A model generated the notes under the pieces. It was not told where the DNA came from. It worked only from the letters and a program-made list of their open reading frames with translations, and made no database searches. Shown in pieces: positions 31,619 through 41,200 of a stretch of 64,000 nucleotides of DNA. The DNA comes from an uncultured Verrucomicrobiae bacterium (lineage in GTDB: Bacteria; Verrucomicrobiota; Verrucomicrobiia; Limisphaerales; Palsa-1400). Positions within the stretch are counted from its first letter, which is position 1. Each line of letters opens with the position of its first letter. The translations under genes and the position numbers were made by a program. Location: the NCBI GenBank assembly GCA_963764165.1, contig CAVXRD010000002.1, positions 2,368,001 to 2,432,000 on the forward strand, read 5' to 3'.

Positions 31619-31788
31619 ATGCGGCATGGGGCTTGTGCTAGATTTTGTGCTAGTTTCATCAAAAAACCTCGCCACATTGAATAGCATGGAAAATCCACGC
31701 AAAAGAAACATAACATCAAAGAGGTCAACGCTTTAGCATGGGCGTCAAGTGATGATGCGCAATGGCCTGAAATCGCCAAAAGCGGATT

Positions 31789-31826
31789 TTTTAAGTCCTG
31801 TGTGTCTGCCAGTTCGCCATTCCGGC
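31789..31826 (-). repeat. Degenerate third copy of the tRNA-Leu 5' half (att)
   Basis: TTTTAAGTCCTGTGTGTCTGCCAGTTCGCCATTCCGGC: 35/38 identical to 751-788. Confidence 0.88.
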
Positions 31827-31919
31827 ATTTCGTTTGCTTATAACGCCTTGCGTCTGCCACATGCGTCAGTACCCGCCAAATCAGCCGCCATTCTTCTTCC
31901 TCTTTGGCTTCGACGTACT

Positions 31920-32129
31920 TGCCGGTTGGGGAGCTGTTTGATGACCTTGTCAAAATCGCCCCCGGCTCGGTCGTCTTGTTTGGAGCTTGGCGATCCAGTC
32001 GCGCATGTGCATCGGGACCCGGCGCATGGCTTGGCCCTCAGCAAAGACGAGGTATTGCTCAACGAGGTTGTTCAGGGCGGCAAGCTCCTCCTCACTGAGG
32101 TAATTCTTGGCGATGGTGACATCCTGCTT
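31920..32129 (-). pseudogene. rhuM: C-terminal remnant of a RhuM-family protein
   Basis: KQDVTIAKNYLSEEELAALNNLVEQYLVFAEGQAMRRVPMHMRDWIAKL, then in another frame GDFDKVIKQL. Confidence 0.78.
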
Positions 32130-32289
32130 CCCGAACTCAGGAAAAGAGCCTGAAGTTGGCTTCTCGCGCGTCGTCAATTCGATTCCACTATCAAACCATT
32201 TATCCCGTAACCCGCGTCACTTCCAGGGAGATGCGCCTTCACTTCCAACACCTGAAAACACAACCTCGGCCTCTTTTCCTGAGTTCGGG
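32130..32289. mobile_element. 160-bp MITE/IS remnant
   Basis: Perfect 19-bp TIR CCCGAACTCAGGAAAAGAG at both ends, extendable to ~29 bp with mismatches. Confidence 0.75.
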
Positions 32290-32309
32290 CGTTCCTGATT
32301 ATTTAAAAC

Positions 32310-33893
32310 TCAAGGCCTGATTTTTGCCCCGCCCACGACGGAATCGTGAAGGAAAAAGTGGATCCAATCGTAAATTTCCGGATGGCCGTAGTGTCCGACG
32401 TTGGGCTGATAATCGTTATGGCTGCCGATCGGATCCAACTGGCCCACCGTGAAATTCCACCACGGATTCTGGTAATCGAGTTTTAATTTGTGGCTCGGCC
32501 GGCTGATCAATTCGTCCGCGTCCACGAATTGGACGCCCGGCCTGAGCGTCAGCGCCGTCGGATAATTGGTCGAGTCAACCGTGTTGATGGGGTTCAGGGC
32601 GCTCTCGCGGTCAAAGGTGATTCTCGCGGCGGATTCGTGGTAGTAACCGGCGTCAAAAATCCCCTTGTTGTAACCGGAGTTAAGTGTCAACTGAACGGGG
32701 ATTTTGACGATCGGAACCTGCGCCAGCGTGCTTGTCAATAAATTGGTCCTCCACGACCAATGGCCGGGGCCAAGCTCCCACCATTGCCCGCGCAAATAGC
32801 TCCACGGGAATATCTCCAGCGAATCGAGAACGCTGAAAGGCACGCGCAGCGTTTCCAGCAGCGGCGGACGCAGCATCACCAGCCATTTGTGCGTCGCCCA
32901 TTTCGCATTGGCCTCGTTGATGGTTTTTCGGTAGACGGAGCGCGCGAACCGGGCGTCCAATTCCGCCGACCAATAGCCGTTGAAGAAAAGCGCCGTGATC
33001 GGGTAGAGCAGGCTGTTGACATGGTCGTAGCGGCTTTGCGTCACCAGCACGGGAAAATTGGCGCAATCCTTCGGCCCAGGAAGATTCGCCTTCGCCATCG
33101 CCGGCTCGATCAGCACCGCCCCCCTGATGCGCGATTGAAATTGGGCGATGTCATTGGTGGCTTCGGAGCTGAGTTCTTTGCTGGTGAACAAATTGAAAAT
33201 GCTGCCGAAAGCAAACTTGTTGGAGGGCGGCTTCTCCCGCATGGCGCTGGCAATCACGCGGCAGCCGAAGCTGTGACCCACCATGTATATATTCGGCTGA
33301 AAATCGCCGTGATACGATTGGCCGCATAAATATCCAAGCGCCTGCTGGACGTCGCCATACCCGACCCGGTCGGCCAGCGACGTCTTGGCCCAGAACGAAA
33401 GCGGGAAAAAAATGTCGAGAACAATGGTTCGGGTGGTGGAAGTGCCGGGCAGAAAATCGCTCAGCAATTGCACCACCGTCGGGTAGCTCGCGGGCCACGA
33501 AAGGCAGATCACCGCCGTGGGCCCGACGCTGCGCTCCGGCCCGAGCGAGCTGGCGGATTGGATGTAAGCGTCGTAATTGCTCAACAGCCCGTCGTAATGA
33601 TCTTCAATGACGGTGTTGTCGTAATTCCATCCGTAGCTGAGCACCAAAATATTAGTGACAGGCCCGCCGTTGTTGGTGGCTGAAGCGGTGGCGGACTGCT
33701 GAATTTCGTTTACCGCCTGGAAAAGAGTGTTGAAGTTGACGAGCCGGCCGTTGGCGTCGAATTGCAGCACGTAGGTAAAGCGCCGTTTTGGCTGCGCGAA
33801 GGCGGCGCGGTATTGCTCGGCCTGCCTAAAGAACGGCGGCGGGGAGACACAGCCCTCCCCAATCAACACCACAGCCAGCAAGGCAAGGACCAT
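32310..33893 (-). CDS. Alpha/beta-hydrolase-fold protein, probably exported or a lipoprotein
   Basis: VGHSFGCRV nucleophile elbow, SYGWN, C-terminal GSHND; hydrophobic N-terminus ending in GC. Start uncertain. Confidence 0.72.
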   Translation of the reverse strand: MVLALLAVVLIGEGCVSPPPFFRQAEQYRAAFAQPKRRFTYVLQFDANGRLVNFNTLFQAVNEIQQSATASATNNGGPVTNILVLSYGWNYDNTVIEDHYDGLLSNYDAYIQSASSLGPERSVGPTAVICLSWPASYPTVVQLLSDFLPGTSTTRTIVLDIFFPLSFWAKTSLADRVGYGDVQQALGYLCGQSYHGDFQPNIYMVGHSFGCRVIASAMREKPPSNKFAFGSIFNLFTSKELSSEATNDIAQFQSRIRGAVLIEPAMAKANLPGPKDCANFPVLVTQSRYDHVNSLLYPITALFFNGYWSAELDARFARSVYRKTINEANAKWATHKWLVMLRPPLLETLRVPFSVLDSLEIFPWSYLRGQWWELGPGHWSWRTNLLTSTLAQVPIVKIPVQLTLNSGYNKGIFDAGYYHESAARITFDRESALNPINTVDSTNYPTALTLRPGVQFVDADELISRPSHKLKLDYQNPWWNFTVGQLDPIGSHNDYQPNVGHYGHPEIYDWIHFFLHDSVVGGAKIRP

Positions 33894-34141
33894 GCGGGCG
33901 CGGAACAACAATAAAATCAGCGCCTTCGTAAGCCCCCAATGATCCCCGAAAGGCGCAGCGCCCGGAAATACGGGAAATCCCCCATTCGTCCCAGTGGTCG
34001 CATCCCAGCACGGTTGGCCGCGACAAAAGCGGCCCAGGTCGGCAAGTGATCGCTCTCGCCCCGCAGCGAAGCGCGGAGAGAGAAGGAGAAAGGGGCTTCC
34101 AAAAAAATTGCCTCCAACCATTCATGTTGCATTTGCATTTT

Positions 34142-35302
34142 TCATCCCGGCGACAGGGCGCGCAATTTCGCCACGACTTTTGGAAATGCATCCATAAAAT
34201 AGTCGACGTCCGCCTCTGTGTTGTCTTTTCCCAGCGACAAAATAATCGCTGATTGCGCCACCGCCGGTTCGAGTCCAATCGCTTCCAGCACATGCGAAGC
34301 CCGCAGTGATTTTGTGACGCAGGCCGAACCGCTGGCCACCGCGATGCCCCGTGTGTCCAGAAGCAGGAGCTGCCCCTCGCCTTCGATGCCCAGGGTGGAG
34401 AAATTCAAATTGACAGGACTTCGCAGAGGCCCTGGCAAAGGGCCGTTCAGTTGCACGCGCTCGACGTTCGACTTGACGCCTTCCCAAAGGCTTTTTTGCA
34501 GAGCCGCCGCGCGCGAGGCCCAGCCCGCGCCATCGCGCAGCGCCATTTCCGCCGCCACTCCCGCGCCGACGATTCCCGCGACGTTTTCCACCCCGGCGCG
34601 CCGTCCGCCTTCCTGGTCGCCCCCATGCACAAGCGGCTGCAGCCGCGCGCGGCGATTTCGGTACAGGACGCCCACACCCTTGGGCCCGTAAAACCGGTGC
34701 GGCGAGAGGGAAAGCAAATCGGCCCCCAGCGCCTGAACATCCACCGGCAGCCAGCCCGCCGCCGCCTCGGCATCGACGAAGAACTGAATTCCTTTTTCGT
34801 GCGCGATGCGGGCGATTTCGCGAATCGGCTCAATAACGCCGATCTCGTGGTTCACAAGATGAACCGCGATTAAAATAGTCTTGTCAGTGATCGCCGCGCG
34901 AATGGATTCGGGGTCGACGAGGCCTTCGCGATTCACTTCAACCCGCGAACTGCTGAAGCCCTGCTGCTCCAGAAACGCGATGGAATTGAGAACCGCCGGA
35001 TGCTCGATCTTCGTGGCGACAATATGGCGCCCCCGTTTCTGCTGCGCCCAAGCCGAGCCTTTGATGGCGAGATTGGCCGCCTCTGTTCCGTCGGATGTAA
35101 ATATGATTTCCTCCGGCGATTCGGCGTTGATGAATCGCGCGACCTGCGCCCGCGCCAGTTCCATCGCATCGCGCGCGCGCAAGCCCACTTGATGCGGCGA
35201 GGATGGATTTCCGAAAGCCGCGGCGAGGAAAGGCTGCATCGCTTCCAGCGCCTCCGGCAGCAAAGGCGTGGCGGATTGATGGTCGAAATGGACGTGGCGC
35301 AT
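34142..35302 (-). CDS. iscS: NifS/IscS-family cysteine desulfurase homolog (PLP Lys replaced by Arg)
   Basis: FDHQSATP, FGNPSSPH, EHPAV, SPHRFYGPKGVG, SGSAC. Confidence 0.88.
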   Translation of the reverse strand: MRHVHFDHQSATPLLPEALEAMQPFLAAAFGNPSSPHQVGLRARDAMELARAQVARFINAESPEEIIFTSDGTEAANLAIKGSAWAQQKRGRHIVATKIEHPAVLNSIAFLEQQGFSSSRVEVNREGLVDPESIRAAITDKTILIAVHLVNHEIGVIEPIREIARIAHEKGIQFFVDAEAAAGWLPVDVQALGADLLSLSPHRFYGPKGVGVLYRNRRARLQPLVHGGDQEGGRRAGVENVAGIVGAGVAAEMALRDGAGWASRAAALQKSLWEGVKSNVERVQLNGPLPGPLRSPVNLNFSTLGIEGEGQLLLLDTRGIAVASGSACVTKSLRASHVLEAIGLEPAVAQSAIILSLGKDNTEADVDYFMDAFPKVVAKLRALSPG

Positions 35303-35345
35303 GGCTGCCCGTGGGAGAACCAAGAGCGTGTTTTGAAATTGCGCT

Positions 35346-36068
35346 CTACGATTCTTTCTTTTTGGCAATCGTGTCGTTGCCGACAGCCAGTATTCGGTAG
35401 CCTTTATCCAGGAGACCCTGGCAGATTTCATTGTGCTCGGCAGGGGACATGAAATAATTCTCGAACTGGATGATGTCTGGAATCACCGAAGATTTCAAAA
35501 GCTGCCGCATAATGATGTAGTCGTAGCCCTCGGTATCGGTCACGAAGAGGTCGAGATTTCTAATGGAGTTTTGCGAGAAAATAGACTCCAGGTCGGCTCC
35601 TGGGACCTCCACGGCCACGGCCTTTTCCGTGCTGTCAGACAGGCCAACCTCCGCGATGGACTTATTCAACGAGGCGCGAACGGAAAGCTCCCCTGAGCTG
35701 GGGGCAGAATAAAGTGTAACTTTCCGCTGCGGCCCTTCAATGATGGCCACTTGAAGGCAAATGCACTTTGGGAAAGCCCGATAAGCTTTCTGCAGCTCCT
35801 TGAAAGGAACCGGATTTGGCTCAATCAGCAGGCCGCTCCAGGACGGACCGACCAGAGGCTTGATCGGATCATAAAGCACGCCATCATTGGCTCCGACCTG
35901 AACAAAGCTGAAATCCCTTTTTTCCGCCGCGGCTTCCCGAATAAGGATCGAAACCACGTCGATGTGATCGCCAGCAGGGTTGCCCGGCAGGCGGGGCCTG
36001 ATGCGCGCGAACTCGTAGCCATATCGGGCCAGGAATCGGATGATGAAGCGTTTGAGGATTGTCGTCAT
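35346..36068 (-). CDS. FkbM-family methyltransferase
   Basis: FVQVGANDG, LLIEPNP, TDTEGYD motifs; has its own ATG at 36068 although in frame with the upstream ORF. Confidence 0.85.
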   Translation of the reverse strand: MTTILKRFIIRFLARYGYEFARIRPRLPGNPAGDHIDVVSILIREAAAEKRDFSFVQVGANDGVLYDPIKPLVGPSWSGLLIEPNPVPFKELQKAYRAFPKCICLQVAIIEGPQRKVTLYSAPSSGELSVRASLNKSIAEVGLSDSTEKAVAVEVPGADLESIFSQNSIRNLDLFVTDTEGYDYIIMRQLLKSSVIPDIIQFENYFMSPAEHNEICQGLLDKGYRILAVGNDTIAKKKES

Positions 36069-36079
36069 GTGCCGCTCAG

Positions 36080-37790
36080 TTATTGGCCGGGAAGAATTCG
36101 GTAGGTACTCTTGCGGGTTCCCGGGCAGGTTGGAATTTATGTTTGTGTCCACCCAAAGTTGGACGGGCTGTGTTAACGTGAGATTGGTCACCGTCACCCA
36201 TGAGTTGGTGTCGCTTAGATTCGCCGACCTCTGGATGATGTAAGTGAAGCCCGTCACGCCGCTTATGGTGAGGCCGGGATACAAGCCGAGGGACGATCCG
36301 GCTGGATTCACCACGACTTCTTCGGGCGTGTTCGTCGTGCTGCCAAACGGACTCGTCACCACCACCGAATAAAGCCCGGCATTTGTGAATTGAATGTCCG
36401 CCAAGTTCAACATTTGGTTGGTCGCATCCGCAATGGCGGCGCCATTATCGTACCACTGATAGCTCAAAGGCCCGGTTCCCCAAGCCTGGACGCTCAGCGT
36501 ATTGGTATAACCCCAATCTGTCACCAAACCGGTGAAAGGCTCTGTCAGGTAAGGATACATCGAGAGCGTCGCGATTGAACTGGTGACCGAGCCAAAAACG
36601 TTGGTGACGACAACGGCATAAGATCCCAAGTTTATGGGAGTGATATTTGTGATCGTGAGAACGTTCGAGGTCGCTCCTGAAATGTTAGTTCCGTCATACG
36701 ACCATTGGTAGGCAAAAGGGACGCTAGTCGGCACTGTGCCGGACGCACTCACGCCGAAGGCTGCTGTGCCGTAGGCGTCGACGACCAAGGATTGCGGTTG
36801 GTTGGTGATGGATGGCAGGGAGCCAATGTAAATGACGGGCGCGGTGGAATAACCAGAGCCAGGGTTGCTGATCGTTATGCCAGTCACTACGCCGTTGCCG
36901 ATCTCTGCGACCGCAGCCGCCCCCGTTCCGCCGCCGCCCTTAATCAAAACCAGCGGCGTATTGGTATAACCGCAGCCGCCTTCTGTGACCGTTGCGCCAA
37001 CACAGAATCCGTTCGTCACGGTTGCCACGGCGGCGGCTGGATACGGAGGGCAAGCCCCGGGAACCGATTCGTAAGCGTAGAGTTCCTGCACCTCATTGGA
37101 GGCGAGGGCTCGGTTGTAAATGCGAACGTCGTCAATCCTCCCATTCCAGACATACTCGTAGCTGCATCCCTCCCCGCCCGAAGCCCCAATGCGGAAGTCT
37201 TCCGTCACGCCGGCGACTACGGAACCAGAGCCGGGAAGATTGGTCCCATTGAAATAGTAATTTACGGTTCCATTCGCGGCTATGGCCAGCACCACCTGGC
37301 ACCACTTGTTCGTCGGAGGCACAAATGCTGCGCTATATCCGGTGCTGCCGCCGAAATAAATAAGGTCGTTGGTTTGATCAAGGGACGGCTGGGTGATGAT
37401 GAGAAGGGCCCCGTCACTTTGCTGGCCGCACTGTTCCCTTCCCACCAACGTCATGACGGACAACCCACTCAGAGGAGGATAATTGCTGATGAAGAACCAA
37501 GCCGAGTAAGTGATTCCCATGTAAGGCATGCTATCAAGGGATGGGATGTCCACACCGGAACCGATGCCAGCCGTGCCGGGCAAAGCAAGGCACGAATTAC
37601 TGTTGCCAAAGCGATCCACTCCATAAGCCGCCGCGCCGAAAAGGGTGCCGGTGTGCCCGTTGTGGGATTCGTCGGCGGCGGTGCCCGAAAACGGATAATA
37701 GGCGATTAAACTGTTGGTAAATGGCACTTGGGCATGGGCGGCGATGACCGAGGCCACGGTCATTGCGAGAATTCCGAACGGTCTTTTCAT
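36080..37790 (-). CDS. Secreted LamG + Ig-domain protein (apparent +1 frameshift near its stop)
   Basis: Signal peptide; LIAYYPFSG...GRIDDVRIYNRAL LamG domain; Ig domains. Removing one base at 36104-36105 gives a natural end EYYRILPGQ-stop at 36080. Confidence 0.8.
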
Positions 37791-38228
37791 AATTTTCAAA
37801 AATGCCTGCGTGGTCGGAGAACGGTGGCCTTGCCCTCGCCGACCAGTCAAGCCCGCTTACACTAAGACGCGACCCCCAAAGCGCAAGACATCAATCCAAT
37901 AATTTTTGAATTTATTCGCCACTGAAGCAAGCCAATTTCGCCAAAAAATCCCACGAAAAGCAGATGCGATCTCCGCTGGCGAGGCTGGAAATTCCGCAAC
38001 CTGTTGAATGGCAGCATGATTTGCGATTTGGAATCATTGAAAATAACGTTGACTATCCGAGGCAAAGCCTCTATGTTCTCCCCCGCAGGCATGTAATTCA
38101 AGTCAAAGGGGCTATGCTGTGCTCGAATTTTCGGGATATTGCCTCCATCAGTTTAGCCCTCATTGGCTGGAGGCATTATCGGACCGTGCTCAAAAAACAT
38201 GGGCGCGAACTGGCGAAAGGAAATAAGC

Positions 38229-41200
38229 GTGAAAACAATTAGTCTTTTTTTAGGAGTCTTGGTAATTGCGGTGACGGGGCTGGGACAAGCGCAAGGCCAA
38301 GTTCCGTTTACGAACAATTTGGTGGCCTATTACCCGTTTGACGGAAATGCCAACGATGCCAGCGGCAACGGGAACAACGGACAAATAGTTGGGAACGTCG
38401 TGCCTTCCACCGATCGTTTTGGCAATCCCACTGGCGCCTACGCTCTTGATGGGGTTTCTTCTTCAGCCATTGAAGTGACCAACACATTGTTTAACACCGG
38501 CCAGGCGGGATACACGGTTTCCGGGTGGTTTGCTTGCAGTAATCTGAACTTGCCTAAGAACCAAGTTGTCATTCAAACAATGCCGCAGGCTGGCATGGGG
38601 CTGGGATTCGGCCCCAGCATTCCTGTTGGTGCTTTGAGTTTGGGATTGGGCACCACCAGCGAGTGGACGCAAACCGGAATCTACGGAAATCCGCTTTGCT
38701 CCAACCAAGTGTGGTATCAGTTTGTCCTTACCAAGAGCGGCACAACCTATACCCTTTATCTTGACGGGCAGGTGTCAGCCCAGCAAACCGTTTCCACCGC
38801 CTCGAACTTCGATGCCAACGTGGGGTGCATTATAGGCTCCATCACTCCGATCAATCCGCCCTATCAGGAAACCTTCGAAGGACGCCTGGATGATTTTCGC
38901 ATTTACAACCGCGCCCTGGCCTCCAACGAAGTCCAGGAACTTTATTCGTACGAGTCTGCGTCCGGCGGACCGTCACTCTACATCACGGCCCAGCCGCAGA
39001 GTCAAAGTGTGGCGGTTGGACAGACGGCGACCTTCAGCGTGGCCGCAGGCGGGACATCGCCGTTTGGCTATCAATGGAGTTTTGACGGGACGACTATTGC
39101 CGGGGCAACCAATGCAGTCCTGACATTGACCAATGTACAAATGAGCGAATCCGGCTCGTATTCCGTGACGGTGACGAGCCTTACCAATGCGGTCAGCAGT
39201 TCCAGCGCGGTGCTGACGGTGACTGCGCCGACCCAGGCCCCGTTCACTGAGAGTTTGGTGGCCTATTATCCCTTTGACGGCAATGCCAACGATGCCAGCG
39301 GCAATGGTAATAACGGACAAATCGTTGGAAATGTTGTGCCGTCCACCGATCGGTTCGGCAATCCCGCTGGCGCCTATGCTTTTGACGGGGTCTCTTCTTC
39401 GGCCATTGAAGTTACCAATACGCTGTTTAACATCGGGCAGCCGGGATACACGGTTTCCGGATGGTTTGCTTGCAGCAATCTGAGCCTGGCCACGGATCAG
39501 GATATCATTCAAACAATGCCGCAGGCAGGCATGGGGCTGGGATTCATTCCGAGCCTCCCCACTGGCACCTTGGATTTTGGAGTGGGCACCACCACCGAGT
39601 GGACAGGAGGCCCGATCTACGGAAATCCATCTTGCTCCAACCAAATCTGGTATCAATTTGTCCTGACGAAAAGTGGCACGACCTACACTCTTTACATTGA
39701 TGGGCAGGTGTCCGTCCAGCAAGCTGTTTCCGCCGCCTCCAGCTACAACGCTAACGTTGGATGCATCATAGGCTCCATCACGCCGATCAATCCGGGCTAC
39801 CACGAAACATTTGGGGGGCGGCTGGACGATTTTCGCGTTTACAATCGGGCTCTCGCCTCCAATGAAGTGCAGGAACTGTATGCTTACGAGGCGCAGACCA
39901 ACGGCGGCGGGACGCCATTTTATATCACAACCCAGCCGCAAAGCCAAAGTGTGGTGGCGGGGCAGACGGCGACCTTTAACGTGACAGTGAGCGGGACGCC
40001 GCCGTATGGCTATCAATGGAGTTTTGACGGGACGAATATTGCCGGGGCAACCACTGCCACCCTAACCTTGACCAATGTCCAGATGAGCCAGGCAGGTTCC
40101 TATTCCGTGACGGTAACCAACGCCACAGAAGCGGTCAGCAGTTTCGACGCGGTGCTGACGGTGACTGCACCGACCCAAGCTCCGTTCACCAACAGTTTGG
40201 TGGCCTATTATCCCTTTGACGGCAATGCCAATGATGCCAGCGGCAACGGGAACAACGGGCAGATCGTGGGCAATGTGGTTCCGTCCACTGACCGCTTCGG
40301 CAATTTCGGTGGTTCTTATGCTTTTGACGGGGTCTCTTCATCAGCCATTGAAGTTACCAATACGCTATTTAACATCGGCCAGCCGGGATACACGGTCTCC
40401 GGATGGTTTGCTTGCAGCAATCTGAGCCTGACCACGGATCAGGACATCATTCAAACGATGCCTCAAGCGGGCATGGGGCTGGGATTCGTTCCGAGCCTCC
40501 CGCCAGGCACTTTGGATTTTGGAGTGGGAACCACCACCGAGTGGACAGGAGGCCCGATCTACGGAAATCCAACTTGCTCTAACCAAATCTGGTATCAATT
40601 TGTCCTGACCAAGAGCGGCACTACCTATACCCTTTACATTGATGGCCAAGTCTCTGTCCAGCAGACTATTTCCGCCGCCTCGAACTACAACGCCAATGTG
40701 GGATGCATCATAGGCTCCATTACACCGATCAATCCGGGCTACCACGAAACGTTTGGGGGGCGATTGGATGATTTCCGCATTTATGATCGCGCCCTTGCCT
40801 CCAATGAAGTGCAGGAACTGTATGCTTACGAGTCAGAGCCAGGCGGTCCGTCACTATACATCACGGCCCAGCCGCAGGGTCAAACTGTGGTGGTGGGCCA
40901 GACGGCGACTTTCAGCGTGGCCGCTGGCGGGACGCCGCCGTTTGGCTATCAATGGAGTTTTGACGGGACGAATATTGCCGGGGCAACCACTGCCACCCTA
41001 ACCTTGACCAATGTTCAGGTGAGCCAGGCCGGTTCCTATTCCGTGACGGTAACAAACGCCACAGCGGCGGTCAGCAGTTCCAACGCCGTCCTCAACCTGG
41101 TCAGTCCGCCCGTGATCACGTCCTCGCCTGCAAGTCAGTCCGTGGCGGTCGGCACTCCGGTCACATTCGCCGCCGCCGCAACGGGCACGCCTCCCCTGGC

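Larger units (their letters stand above)
20553..31826. mobile_element. Older, decayed genomic island 2 (~11.3 kb) in tandem at the same tRNA site
   Basis: Integrase pseudogene right after the 20553 att copy; a third att copy with 3 mismatches at 31789-31826. Confidence 0.72.

Noticed and set aside
35346..37850. Genuine LamG-FkbM fusion protein
   Set aside because: Better explained by a 1-nt insertion joining two genes.
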